Part shown: piece after piece, positions 13,981 to 27,680 of the stretch | How the letters are laid out: each line of letters begins with the position of its first letter | Numbering within the stretch: the first letter of the stretch is position 1 | Assembly: GCA_964016885.1 (NCBI GenBank) | Contig: OZ024760.1 | Coordinates: forward strand, 7,254,001-7,318,000 | Direction of reading: 5' to 3' | DNA length: 64,000 nt | DNA from: Eledone cirrhosa | Taxonomy: Eukaryota | The notes under the pieces: model-generated | The model's database searches: none | What the model was told of the DNA's origin: nothing | Seen by the model: only the letters and a program-made list of their open reading frames with translations | Translations under genes and position numbers: made by a program

Positions 13981-14719
13981 TCTATCTATCTATATATATA
14001 TAACGGAGGAAATGTGGCAAGGAACCAGGTGGACCATAACGCACCAAAGTACTCTAGTCCAGAATTAGCCGTCGGGGTCCTACTCGTTCCTATATATATA
14101 TATATATTCGAAGATACATACATATATATACACACACACACATGTATATACTGTATATAAACACACCCATACATTCCCGGGTTGTGTCGGAGGATAACCA
14201 CAGTTAAAAAAAGCTACTCAATACATTGGTAGAGTATCGGCATCTTTATATAGAGAAATGATTTCTACAGGAATAAAACTGTTTCACTCGTACGAAATCA
14301 TCATTATGTGTGAGACTTCTCTGTAGCAATTTCGTTATTCTCGATTAAAATTTTATTAGAAGTCAGTACTAACAAACCAGAGCCAAACCCCCGAGTTTTC
14401 AGCTAGCTAGGGGACACACTCACCCAGCCTACATTTCAATCTGTCGGCCCTCACTAGAGGAAGAACCCCCCCCCCCCCCCTCACTTCCCCCGGTTGTATT
14501 CTAGTTAGTGTTATAAATTATACAGCCCTGCTACTAACATTATGAACCTAGTAAATTTAGTGATCAATAACAACGAAATAGGGCCCCTAGTGTTGTTCTG
14601 TAATCTGGAAATAGTATAGTTATAACTTAGAAATTGCTGATACCTTAACAACCGGCTTTTCCCCCCTACCCTCTCTCTCGCTATCTTTTTCACAACATAC
14701 ACAACAGCTGTTATCAATA

Positions 14720-14753
<34 letters not shown>

Positions 14754-15156
14754 CAAAATATAATCAATTTTGAACTGATCTCCAAATAAAAAACATGTAT
14801 GTTGTTCTTATATATACATTAAATTGTGATAGGAATGGGGGAAGAGGCGTAGATGATTGCAAATATTCAACTCAATTTAAACAGATGATTATATAATTAC
14901 TTAACTGTTGACATATCTCATTTTCAATACACACATGTGTATGTATGTGTGTGTGTATATATATATATTCTGAATTTGTTTAGCAAGATTCTTTATCTGA
15001 AAACGTGTGTTGAAACCGATATTGTTATACTTTGGGAGGGTCATGTTGCCAATAAGAAACACACGCACCAGTTGCTTTCACTTCAATTTATTATAATAAA
15101 TTTATAAATTTCCGGTTGGTTGGTTCGTTCCACAACCAGATGGTTGTTTATATATT

Positions 15157-15199
15157 GTCAAAGTTCTTTCGTCACACATTCTGCGACCTCTTCAGTGAC
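15157..15199 (-). ncRNA. Minimal hammerhead-like motif (mirror copy, same strand as AP3D1)
   Basis: Reverse complement of 15316-15358 with one A>G change in stem II (G.U wobble). Confidence 0.55.
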
Positions 15200-15315
15200 T
15201 GGGGATTCTTTTCTTTGTTTTTGTGCCTCTCCTTTGTTCTGTCCTACGCCATCAGAAACAAGATGGCGTAGGACAGAACAAAGGAGAGGCACAAAAACAA
15301 AGAAAAGAATCCCCA

Positions 15316-15358
15316 GTCACTGAAGAGGTCACAGAATGTGTGACGAAAGAACTTTGAC
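15316..15358 (+). ncRNA. Minimal hammerhead-like motif
   Basis: GTCA-CTGAAGA-G-GTCACA gaatg TGTGAC-GAAA-GAAC-TT-TGAC; one extra nt before stem II; CUU triplet. Confidence 0.55.
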
Positions 15359-15508
15359 AATATATAAACAACCATCTGGTTGTGGAACCAACCAACCAAC
15401 CAACCGGAAATTTATAAATTCCTAAATTTATAAATTTATTATAATAAATTGAAGTGAAAGCAACTGGTGCGTGTGTTTCTTATTGGCAACATGACCCTCC
15501 CAAAGTAT

Positions 15509-15573
<65 letters not shown>

Positions 15574-15667
15574 TGGATTCACGATGTATTATTGGGAGGT
15601 GGCCACAGTTAAAAAATGTACTCAATGCGTTAGTAGAGTGTAGGTATATTCATTTTACTACAGAAAT

Positions 15668-15720
15668 GACTTCTACAGGACTAGATCCGTTTCATTCGTA
15701 AGAATATCACCAGGAAAGTC
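15668..15720 (-). ncRNA. Degenerate hammerhead motif (GUA-site family)
   Basis: GACTTTC-CTGGTGA-t-ATTC ttac GAAT-GAAA-CGGatctagtCCTG-TA-GAAGTC; core position 6 mutated. Confidence 0.5.
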
Positions 15721-16905
15721 TTTTATAATTTCTTACAGGTATGCTAAAAACTAACGTATACACACACACCGATATATACATACACACACACACATATATA
15801 TACACACACACACACATATATATACACACACACACACATATATATATACACACACACACATATATATACACACACACACATATATATACACACACACACA
15901 TATATATACACACACACACACATATATATACACACACACACACATATACATACACACACATATACATATATATATACATACACATATTTATATACATACA
16001 CAAACATATATATAAACAGTGTGTGCGTGTGTTTAATATACCCAAACATATCGTGTATATACATTTTCATATATAGTTGTATTATGAACGAAGCTATGTT
16101 AAAGGTATATATAATCTAATCTATAATATATGATATATTTTTCACATTCCCGATATACGCCGGTTTAGTGTGTGTGTGTGTCTGTGTGTGTCTGTGTGTG
16201 TCTGTGTGTGTGTGTATACAGACATAGCTTTATGCTTTTTCTACCTTTTCATCAGTCCGGGCCAGCTGCTGGGTCGATAAAAATTATCTAGGAGTGAGGG
16301 AAGCCATAGGGGTTTTCGATACGATCGATTATAGCCCCTACCCATTCCCTAATCGTGTGGTTTTTGTGCTGAGAAATCAACATTATTACGGAGTGGATTG
16401 GCAGTATCGATAAAGGGTCGGATGCCAAGCATAGAGTTACGGCCCTTTTCATTCTGAGTTCAAATCCCGCCGAGGTTACCTTTGCCTTTTATCCTTACGG
16501 GGTCGATAAAATAAAGTACCAGTAATACACTGGGTATGTACTGGCCTTGTGCCAAAAGTAGAAACAATTATTACGGGGTGGTAGTATAGATTGAGGGTCA
16601 GACGCCATGCTTCGCAGCATAGAATTACGGCTCTTTTCAAGGCCCGAGTTCAAATCCCGCCCAGGTTAACTTTGCCTTTCATCCTTACGGAGTCGATAAA
16701 ATAAAAGTACCAGTAATGCACTGGGTAATTTGCAAGCCTTGTGCCAAAAGTAGAAACAATTATAATTATTAGTACAACAAATAATTGATTTTAACGCGTG
16801 TAAATATATATACATGCGGTTTTAACAAAGTATCTGAGAGGTGTTTGAACGAAAACAGGACTAATACAGAGGAATAATATACACGATTTAATAACCAGTA
16901 TTATA

Positions 16906-17113
16906 CCGTATATACTCGAATATAAGGCGACGAATATGTGATAAAAAATAAATTTTAAAAAAAAATCGATGGTAAAAATGGGGTCGACTTATAGTCGGGG
17001 TCAATATTATGACGATTTTCACCAACTTCAAATTCTACGTAAATAAGGTTTGTATTTTTGTCCATTTCTCAGACATAAAATAGTGGGGTCGACTTATATT
17101 CGAGTATATACGG
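16906..17113. mobile_element. Tc1/mariner-pogo-type MITE
   Basis: TIR CCGTATATACTCGAATATAAG at both ends, TA flanks. Confidence 0.85.
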
Positions 17114-18388
17114 TAATTTAAATATAAAAGTGACTTGCTAGAAATAGCAGCCAAATATCCCTCAAACCATCTGCAATCACAATCGGGGAAGGAGACATAT
17201 ACACGTTAGAAATACGTAGTTCTTCCTCCTCGATAGATAAATTCATAAAACAAAAATAATCTACACGATGGTCATGGCTCTGGATCACCTTTCTATGAAA
17301 GGTGTTGGTCAATCAGGATTGACCTGTGGTTAAACAACAACAACAACAGGCAACCATTTATTCATTCTTGGTTGACCATTATTCAAGTATATCGTATGTA
17401 GTTGCTTTATCAGCCATAATAATGGTTGTTTCTGATTTAGACACAAGGCTAGCAATGTTGGGGGATGGGAAAGGCGATTAAATCAACCCCAATGCATTAC
17501 TGGTACTTTATCCATAAGGATGAAAGACAAAGCTAACCTCGGAGGGATTTGAACAGAGAATGTAAAGGGCCATAATAATGGTTTCTGATTTAATTACATG
17601 ATTTAATAAATCATGGAGAGATGGCAAAGTCGATTAAATCTATCCCAGTACTTGACTGGTACTTCATTTTATCAACGCTAGTATTTAACTGGTACTTTAT
17701 CTTAACTCTCAGAACTTGATTGGTACTTTATTACATCGACTCCCTCGGTACTTGAATGGTACTTTATTATATATATCCCCAATTACTTAACTGGCGCTTT
17801 ATATCAACCCCAGTACATTACTGGTAGTTTACATCGACCCCCAGTACTTCACCTGTACTTTATTTTACCGATATTCAGTACTTCACTGGTTCTTTATTTT
17901 ACCGATCTCCAGTACTTGACTGCTACTTTATTTTACCGACCCCTGGAATGATGAGAGGCTAAGTTGACATCGGAAAGTATTTGACCCCAGGGCCCAAAGT
18001 ATTTCGTCCAATGTTCCAATTATTACAGCTTAAAATTAAATAAAAAATGACAAATAATTCAAAACGGAACATTTAGTTGCTTTGCAGCCATCATAACACG
18101 TAAAACTTCCTCTTTTTCAATTGAAGTCAAATTACTTAAAATAAAACAGGGCGAGACCCATCCAACAAGTTAAACGATCGTAATTATACTATTATTATAT
18201 ATATATATAAATAAATCACGGATGTTACTTAATTAAAATAGTGTCGTATATATACACACATATATATATATATATACACATACATACACATAAATACATA
18301 CACACACACATATACATAAATACATACATACACACATATACATACATACATACATACACACACACATACAAATACATACATAAACACT

Positions 18389-18419
<31 letters not shown>

Positions 18420-18492
18420 AGTCAAAATCTGAGTTGATATTGTATCTCAATATTTTATCTTTTTATCGAGGTATCTAATTAGATATAAATAA

Positions 18493-18536
<44 letters not shown>

Positions 18537-18780
18537 ATGATGATGATGATGATGATGATTTCTTACGAATGAAACAGTTCTAGCCCTGTAGAAGTCATTT
18601 CTATAATAAAATTAATATATCTATATTCTACTAACGTATTGAGTACATTTTTTTAAAGCTGTGTTCACCTCCCGATATACATCTATATATATATATATAT
18701 AGATAGATATATATATATACAGAGAGGGATAGCGGTGAAAAGTAAACGAATAAACAACACACGGAAACAACACAGTACAA

Positions 18781-18824
<44 letters not shown>

Positions 18825-18833
18825 TGTTCTTAC

Positions 18834-18929
18834 CTCATTCTCCTTGTGATTACGAATTCCACGTACAAGGTCCTGTAAATTTTTATCCAAAACTCTTTCC
18901 AGAGTTCCTTTCACCTTTTTTAACGCCAT
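18834..18929 (-). CDS. AP3D1: AP-3 complex subunit delta, coding exon 1
   Basis: ATG at 18929; MALKKVKGTLERVLDKNLQDLVRGIRNHKENE followed by gtaag donor; typical AP3D1 N-terminus; intron 1 about 16.3 kb. Confidence 0.95.
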
Positions 18930-19070
18930 CACTTATTATATATATATGTGTGTATATATATATATAAATTTACCTATTTTTTTTTTATCTAATATAAAAT
19001 ATAATATATTTAGAGGTCCAAACGTGAGAAAGAGTACTCAATACATGTAGTAGGGTTTATATATACATAC

Positions 19071-19134
<64 letters not shown>

Positions 19135-19936
19135 ATAATCAGTGAAAGGTGGTGGTGGTTTTTCCTCTAAGCGATCATATACACAAATGTATATATTTGA
19201 GTCAATGTTGTCCTAATTAAAAGGGGGTGTTTCTTGTATCCACCGTATTTTCATACATATTGCTTGTTATGCATGTATGATAGACAGATATATATGGACA
19301 TGTATGTAGATATAGATATATACATAATAGTTTTCGTCACTTTTCTTTTTTCTTCTGTTTAAACACACGGCCCCTCTCTCTACTACAATGTATGTATTTT
19401 TCGTTTATCTTTTTCTCCTCCGTCCTCTCCTCCCGAAGTGTCAGTAAAACCGATTCAAACTCCGATTTTAAGTGAAATAAAAAGGAAGTGAAGCAAAGTG
19501 GAGTGTTGTGTTGTAATATAGTGTAGTGTAGTGTAGTATATTATTATGAATAACACAGTGAAACGAGGAGGAGGGTGTTCCGTTCCGGTGGAGTGTTATG
19601 TATTGTTGGCAGCGGTGATGATGATGATGATGATGGCGGTTCAATGGAGAGCTTAAGAGTTAAATGATGAAGAATAAAAGAAGGCCAGTGATGAGTTAGT
19701 TATATATGTGTGCCTGTCGCTCTCTGCTGGTCTGTCTGTCTGACATGAATCTAGCTACAAAACTACACTGCTCACTGACAAACTCCAACAGCACAGACAT
19801 TTCAACATGGCTTCGGTACAATTACCACGTGACCTGGTGACGTGTAACACACATATAAAGCCAATTACTAGAGATATTCGTATATGAAAGCTGGTCTCTC
19901 TAAGTGTATGTATATATAATATATAAAGGTATATAC

Positions 19937-19975
<39 letters not shown>

Positions 19976-20054
19976 TATGTATATATATCATATATATATA
20001 TATATATATCATATGTATATATATATATATTATATATACATATATATATACAAC

Positions 20055-20237
20055 TGTTTCTACTTTAGGCACCAGGCCAGCAAAATACTCAGTGCATTAC
20101 TGGTACTTTATTTTATCGACCCCGTAAGGATGAAAGGCAAAGTCAACCTCGGCGGGATTTGAACTCAGATCGTAAAGGGACGTAACTATGCTGGAAAGCA
20201 TGGCGTCCGACCCTCTACCGATTCTGCCAATCCGCCA
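20055..20237 (-). mobile_element. tRNA-derived SINE, family B (Nin/Deu-like central domain)
   Basis: Head ggcggattggcagaatcggtagag...gagttcaaatccc, then GCCTTTCATCCTTACGGGGTCGATAAAATAAAGTACCAG; many copies in window. Confidence 0.8.
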
Positions 20238-20725
20238 ACAACTTACAATCATATTATCTATTTTTGAAGTTCTAGTTAACTTTATTCAGTTACCTACCTA
20301 GCTATGTGTGGTTACACACTTGTAAAAATGATCCCCTGTGATTGTTTCATACGTTTAATTATATGTTAATCAATTTCTAGTTGTTATAAAATGCTCGGAC
20401 CTATTCATTAGAATCTTGGAGCTTATTTTATGGGTGATATGGCGCATGCCTTTCTGGCATGACACCCATAATTTTGATTTAGATCAAATTCACTTTGATT
20501 TATCTTAATTTTGGAGATATATATATATATATATAATATATAAGAACAAAAGATGGTTAAAGGAGTTCCATGTATTTTATTATGCGCATTTCAAAAACAA
20601 ATATCATCATGCAATAATATGTGTTTTCATCTTATATATTATGTATACTCCAGTCCCACAAACTGTAGAGTGCTTCTTATCCGATATCTGCATTGCTTTA
20701 TTGTACTACAATAAAACTCACCTCC

Positions 20726-20771
<46 letters not shown>

Positions 20772-21689
20772 TATTATATATACATATATATATTATATAT
20801 ATATTATATGTATAACTTGTAAAGACCATTGTTCAGATACTTGGGAAAGTAGAATGTAGCATTGTAGAGGGTTAGTGCCTGACGGCTGAGCTCTTGCCAT
20901 TTCATCATCATCATCATCATCATCATTTCATGTCCAATTTCTGTGCTGGCTTGGATTAGGTGGGTTGTCATGGTTTCAGAATACATGGATTGGAGAGCAA
21001 CATCTTGCTTCTAAGTTCCTTTTTTGACATAGTTTCAACATCTGGATGACTTTTCTAATGTCAACCACTAACTCTGACAGTTGGCAGTTAAGCAGTATAT
21101 GGTACTGATGAAAGTTAATAACACAGAAAAATTAGTGTTTGCCATTCTGTTTATATGCCAACACAAGAGCAAGAATGAGGGGGGGGGGCTGTTTGCATAA
21201 TTGCAAACAAATTGAATATTATTATTAACTTAGGGCAGTGGAATGGCAGTGTCGGTAGAGAGTCAGACACCATGCTTTGACGCATATAGTTACGGCCCTT
21301 GCCATTCTGAGTTCAAATCCCGCCGAGGTTAACTTTGCCTTTCATCCTCACGGGGTCGATAAAATAAAGTACCAGTAATGTACTGGGTAATTGCTGGTCT
21401 TGTGCCTAAAATAGAAACAATTATTAACATTCGAAAAACCCAGATTTACATTTCTTGCATTCAGCCATGTAGAGTGATAAAACTATTTGTTAGTTATATA
21501 TATATATCATCATCATCATCATCATCATCATCATTGTCGTTTTAACGTCTGCTTTCTCTGCTCGCAATATATCTGCTTGGTGCTGTGAACAGGATTTAAC
21601 ATATCTATATATCTCTATATATATTCGCTATATGTCTCTCCACCACTCCCCTACACACCTTTTGAACTCTGTTCCCACACACTTCTCAC

Positions 21690-21720
21690 CTGAAGAAGGG
21701 CTTATGCCCGAAACGTCGTC
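21690..21720 (+). ncRNA. Penelope-type minimal hammerhead-like motif
   Basis: CTGAAGA-A-GGGC ttat GCCC-GAAA-CG-TC; stem I poorly preserved. Confidence 0.5.
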
Positions 21721-21854
21721 CCCCACCTACCCCCCCCCCCCCCCCACTCTCCTGAGCGTGAATTTAATAAACATTTATTGTACTGCCTCTCTGTTCTGTC
21801 CCTGTTCAAATTTTTCATTATATATATATATATAGATATATATATATATATAAT

Positions 21855-22196
21855 GGAGGCACATGGCTTAGTGGTTAGAGCATTGGTCTTGCAATCGAAA
21901 GGTTGTGAGTTCAATTCTCAGACCAGGTGATGTGTTGTTTCCTTGAGCAAGACACTTTATTTCACATTGCTCCAGTTTACTCAGCTGTAGAAATGAGATG
22001 ATAGGGACTGGGGTCCATATCATACCACTGCAAAGTGGTCGTGGAGGTGCCACGACAAAAAAGCACCCAGCACTCACTGTAAATGAGGTTGGTGTTAGGA
22101 AGGGCATCCAACTGTAGAAATCAAGCCAGCATCAGTTCCCGTCCCACCCTTGCAAGCAGGGAAAAGCGGACGTAAAATGAATGATGATGATGATGA

Positions 22197-22200
<4 letters not shown>
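21855..22200 (+). mobile_element. tRNA-derived SINE, family A, full length
   Basis: ggaggcacatggcttagtggttagagc (A box)...gagttcaattc (B box)...(GAT)n tail. Confidence 0.9.
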
Positions 22201-22247
<47 letters not shown>

Positions 22248-22529
22248 GAGGCATGTACCCTAGTGGTAAGGGTGTTGGACTTATGATTATAATGTCGTGG
22301 GTTCGATTCCTGGGTTGAATGTTGTGTTCTTGAGCAAAGCACTTTATTTTCACGTTGCTCCAGTATACTCAGCTGAAAATAAGTACCATCGATAGCTGGG
22401 GGTTTAACCCTGTGATGGACTGGTGTCCTGTCCAGGGGGGAGTCTTTTACTCTCAGTCGCTTCACGCCATGAAACCGGGATAAGCATCGGTCAAATGAGC
22501 CTTCTGGCTTACGACAGACTTTAGACTTT

Positions 22530-22564
<35 letters not shown>

Positions 22565-23176
22565 AGTCTGCAGAGCTGAGACCAAAGAGGTCCCTAATCA
22601 TGGGAGTACTCAATGCAGAGTGGGTATAGAGAGAGGTATAATCCTGATCACGGCACCATGGTCAGGATTTTACCTCTCTCTCTCTCTTCATATATATATA
22701 TATATTTATTTATATTTCCACTCAGCAGCTATTGGTTAACCTGGCGCTGTCTACAAGACACTCATTTAAATAAGTATCTTGCAGTGAGATCAAACACTGT
22801 ACCACAAGCTGACAGAGTCAGCCTCCTAACCCCACAGCTATGCCTTGTATGTAACCATGACAACCTGCTCAACCCATACCAGCTGATAATATCTGACTTG
22901 ATTCCATATCTCCAGTACTTAAACTTATCTGTAGAGTGTGGAAGTCGCATGACTTTACTGAAATGGAAGGAAACTCTTGCCAATAATCATTTCTTATTTC
23001 ACTTTTGTAAAAGTCTCATATATTTGCTATGTTAGTTATGATAATATATAAACCCCTGGCATTCGTGGTTCCGACATTTGTGGTCCTGGTTATTCACAGA
23101 ATTTTCCTTAGAATCTAATTAATTGTTCGTGGAAACCACCGCATATTTGCAGAATCGTAAATATCTTCCGCAATAT

Positions 23177-23523
23177 GGAGGCACATGGCTTAGTGGTTAG
23201 AGCATTGGCCTTGCAATCGAAAGGTTGTGAGTTCAATTCTCAGACCGGGCGATGTGTTGTTTCCTTGAGCAAGGCACTTTATTTCACATTGCTCCAGTTT
23301 ACTCAGCTGTAGAAATGAGATGATAGGGACTGGGGTCCCTATCATTCCACTGCAAAGTGGTCGTGGAGGTGCCACGGCAAAAAAGCACCCAGCACTCACT
23401 GTAAATGAGGTTGGTGTTAGGAAGGGCATCCAGCTGTAGAAATCAAGCCAGAATCAGTTCCCATCCCACCCTTGCAAGCAGGGAAAAGCGGATGTAAAAT
23501 GAAATGTTGATGATGATGATGAT
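23177..23523 (+). mobile_element. tRNA-derived SINE, family A, full length
   Basis: Same structure as the 21855 copy. Confidence 0.9.
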
Positions 23524-24720
23524 TTCTTTAAATGGCTTTTTTCGTGGCAATATATATTTATTTAACGCTAAATCATTAATATCAAAATACCACATTTGCC
23601 TGCCTATTGGACGCTCCTTTGCATAAGACGCTCCCTCTTTTTAATTATATTTTACATTATATTTTGATGCTTATAGGCATTTAGTGAAGGCGTGTGGCTG
23701 AGTGGTTAGAGAATTGGATTCGCAATCGTAAGGTTGTGAGTTCGATTCCTGGACCAGACGATGCGTTATGTCCTTGAGCAAGACACTTTATTTCACGTTG
23801 CTCCTTCTACCTGGAGTTGTGACCGATAGATAGTATTAGCAATTGGAAAGACCAACGGAAACATTGTTCCCTCGGTCCGATTTGACGAAAGTCGATCGTT
23901 CCTAATAGGCATTTTTATAAACCACATCCGATATTCACGGTTTTTCACTCTTCGCGAGTACTCTAGGAACGTAATCACTGTGAATATCAGGGGACAACTG
24001 TACGTGAATGACTGAGAGAGAGAACATATTGATGCTGGTCATTAAAAAAGGTACCAAAATTGGAGATACAATATATTGTAAAAGATCTACGAATTATAAC
24101 AAAACCTTTCAGTGCATGAAGGTTATGAAAAAGATTCAACAACAGAACCCCCTAGCTGCTTTACAGCTTCCCTTGCTTCACATTTTTTTTATTTTTATAT
24201 TCACTTATCTCTGTATATCTTGTTTTTTGTTTCTTAACTGTAAAAAGTACTAGATACTTCCCCTATTCTGTCATGGCTTACGAACTCTATTCAGACATTT
24301 AAATAAATAAATAAAATATAATATATTCTTTATCAACTTCTTAATTTTTTTCTTATATCGTTTCACTAAGTTCCTTTAGGGGAATGATTTAATATTGGAA
24401 TTCTAAGACTCACCAACGACGAAAAAAAAAATCCCGGAATCCATAAACACAATTAAAAGAGTCACCCCCCTTTGATTGTATATAGGATTACCTCCCTTTA
24501 AAAAATAAAGTTCCCGTTCGTCTCTTCCTCATTATATCAGCTGTATTTGACATGTTAAAAATTAATTCTACACTGAGAGTGTTATCAACTGATAGACTGC
24601 AATAATGTCGAATGCACTTAATTTTTTAAATCCTGAATTGTTAGGCCATATATACCAAAATTATATATATATTAGGATTGCTGCGTCGTCACAGACGATT
24701 GCCGTCTGTTATTGATTCAT

Positions 24721-24910
24721 AGGGCGGTGGATTGGCAGTATTGGTAGAGGGTCGGACGCCATGCTTTCCAGCATAGTTACGTCCCTTTACGATCTGAGTT
24801 CAAATCCCGCCGAGGTTGACTTTGCCTTTCATCCTCACGGGGTCGATAAAATAAAGTACCAGTAATGCACTGGGTAATTGCTGGCCTTGTGCCTAAAGTA
24901 GAAACAGTTA
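24721..24910 (+). mobile_element. SINE family B, full length
   Basis: Same as above; further copies or clusters near 2.6-2.9, 8.0-8.5, 9.2-9.5, 12.4-13.1, 16.4-16.8, 21.2-21.4, 35.6-36.2, 38.2-38.4, 42.6-43.2, 46.6 and 57.0 kb. Confidence 0.85.
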
Positions 24911-25059
24911 TTGATTCTTCATTATCATCCCATCTGCGTCCAAGACTTCGTAGATGACTTTGTAGACCAGCTGTAGATCTGCATGGTTTATGACACAGGG
25001 GATAGAAGAGAGCTGTGCTTTCCACAAGATTGGTGGGGTCATTTTGTGAGATTCAATCT

Positions 25060-26510
25060 TGTGTATTTTTAGTCCAGAACCAGTTCTACACACTTTGTTG
25101 CATATCACGCACGTTTTGTTTCACCAGGTCTTAGTTGGGGTCCTGCTTTCTTTCATGCAGATGATACGTCCTGCCCAGCACATTTGAGAAGATGTTACTA
25201 GAGACTCAATGCTTGGACATTCTGCTTTGATAAAGACATGGATGTCCGGAGTTCTGTCTTGCCACTTAATGTTGAATATGTGCCTTAAACATTTCTGCTG
25301 AAAACGCTCAAGCAATTTTATATGTTTACGGAATAGCTTCCAGGTTTCAGCGGAGTATAAAAGAGCAGACAGAACATATGATATATACACATACACCTTG
25401 GTATTGTTGGTAATGTTGCCATTTGCCCAAACTCTCTTTTCAATTTTCTGAAACCAATAGAGGTCTTCTGGATGCACAGATGTATTTCAGCATCCAAGGA
25501 CCCATCATTTGACAGTATACTACCCAAGTAGACAATTTTATCTACTACTCCCAGCCTGGTTCCATCAACCATGATATAGGGTTCAGTATATGGTTCTCCA
25601 GGAGCAGGGGGAAACATTAGTTTGCTCTTTTTAAGGCTGATTGTAGGCCCAAATGCTGTACACAAGGATGAGAAACGGTCCATAATGTGTTGCATGTTAG
25701 CTTCTGTGTGTGCTAGGAAGTCAGCATCAACGGAATAAAGAAGGTCTCTGATCAAAGTTGGAAAAGTTTTTGTTTTGGCTTTAAACCTTCCTAAGTTGAA
25801 AACCTTTCCAGTGGTTCTGAACCGTAAGAGAATGCCTCTGTCACAATAATGGGAAGCATGTGTGAGCAAGGCAGCAAAGATGATAGAGAAAAGCGTAGGA
25901 GCAGGAATATCTCCTTGATTTACCCCGTTGTTAATTGGGATTTCCCTAGATAGTTGACCATTGAAGGTAACTTGAGCTTTCAAATTTCTGTGCAGCTGCT
26001 TTAGCATACTCACAAACTTGGGTGGACAACCTACTTTCCCAAGTATTATCTAAAATGCATCTCTGTTAACTGTGTCAAAAGCCTTCGTTAGGTTGAAAAA
26101 GACTTGATATAGAGGGTCACACTGCTCAATGCATTTTTCTTATATTTGTCTTAAGGAGAAAATCATGTCAACTGACCCTTCCTCCTCTAAAACCACTCTG
26201 TCATTCTGGGATAGCTGTAGCTCCAGTCTGTTGAGCAAAAGTCTTGCGAGAACCTTGCCGACAGCTTCCAACAAAGTGATGACATGGTAGTTTCCACATA
26301 TCGATTTTTCACCTTTGCCTTTGTATAATGATAACAAAATACCATTGATCCAGTCTTGCAGAACCGAGGTCCCATTCCAGTAATGTGATGAAGTTGTTTA
26401 TTGCTTCTGTTACATTATCACTACCGATTTTCAGCAGTTCAACTGGGATACATCTGGACATGGTGCCTTGCCAGAATTAACCTGCTTGACTGCCAGCTTT
26501 ATCTCATCAG
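25060..26510 (-). mobile_element. RTE-clade LINE reverse transcriptase fragment, frameshifted
   Basis: Translations YKGKGEKSICGNYH..TLL..VGKVLARLLLNRL, NGVNQGDIPAPTLF, DLLYSVDAD, YLGSILS, LLYSAETW, WQDR. Confidence 0.9.
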
Positions 26511-26970
26511 CACACAACACACAAAAACAAAATGGTGATGGACTGAACAAAGGAGATGCACAAAATAAGAAAACAGTTACCGAGGAGGTCACAGGATGTG
26601 TGACAAAAGAGCTTTGACAATATATAAACATCTATCTGGTTAGTAAACCAACCAACTAGAAATTTATAATAAATTAAAGTGAAAACCAAGGGGTGCATGC
26701 GTTTTTATTGGCAGCATATATATATAGAGATAGATATATATGCATATATATGTGTGTGTGTGTTTGTGTGTGAAAAAAATATGAAAAAGAGAAAAAAAGG
26801 CAAAAAAAAGTGAAAACAAAGTGAGTGAGACACAGAGAAAGAAAGAATGAGAGTGTATGAGTGAGAGAGAGATAGAGTGTGAGAACAAGTGTGAAAGAGA
26901 CAGAGTGAGTGTGAGAGAGTGAGAAAGACAGAGTAAGAAAGAAGGAATGAGAAACCAGTTGAAACTAGTT

Positions 26971-27364
26971 TTAAATCAGATTGCAACCTCTTTGTGAGTT
27001 GGTGTTAGAATCATCTATCGATACATAGGAATAGCGATCTTCCGGGCAAATAGAATACTGTTCTTTCTCTATCCTTTCCTCAGCAGGCATCAGAGAATGC
27101 ATCCAAGTTCCATTTAATGCATGTTCATTGGCCACTTGGCAGAACAATTGCCCCTGATTATTCTTGTTGTATAATTCCTTTATGAGGTGGCTGCAAAGTT
27201 CCATTTCGCCTCCAATCTTTACGGGGCCATCTTGAAGAGAGTCCAGCCTGTAGTAGATACCATCGGAGTTCACAATGGCAAGCCAATGACCCCCTATACC
27301 CAACTTGCCTTGCGTAAACAGAATGAAGCCTTCTATGTTCTTCAAAACCAGTCTTCTTAAGTTT
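26971..27364 (-). CDS. Josephin-domain deubiquitinase (JOSD1/2-like), coding exon 3 with stop
   Basis: NLRRLVLKNIEGFIL...GHWLAIVNSDGIYYRLDS...; catalytic His (HW) and Asp (LDS) motifs; cag acceptor, phase 2 matches exon 2. Confidence 0.88.
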
Positions 27365-27437
27365 CTGATAATGGTAGTCATGATGGATGGTAAAAAGTAG
27401 AAGAAGAAGAAAAAGAATGAGAAAAAAAGAATAGATG

Positions 27438-27478
<41 letters not shown>

Positions 27479-27680
27479 TATAGAGAGAGTGAGAGAGAGA
27501 GAGAAAAAGGAGAGAAGGAGAGGGAGAGAGAGAGTGAAAATGAAAGAGTATGAGAATAAGGGAAAGAAAAAGGTAGCTAAAACGAGGGTGAGAGAGGAGA
27601 GGGAGGCAATGAGGGAGAAAGGGAGGTAGAGTATGAGACAGAAAGATAGAAGACAAAATGTCTTGGAGAAAAAAACTTAC

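Larger units (their letters stand above)
14968..15516 (-). mobile_element. Penelope-like fold-back element (~235-bp arms)
   Basis: Arms 15019-15253 and 15262-15516, 8-nt loop, ~50-bp tail, (TA)n flanks; diverged half-copy at ~26515-26715. Confidence 0.72.

Noticed and set aside
19340-19760. AP3D1 promoter or 5' UTR exon
   Set aside because: Plausible by position, but no motif I can support without transcript data
21855-21930. tRNA genes
   Set aside because: tRNA-like heads run straight into SINE bodies; no complete cloverleaf or terminator
22762-22983. 73-aa ORF with faint RT-like look (FSKV..PH...YGI...SW)
   Set aside because: Too degenerate to assign by eye; needs a profile search
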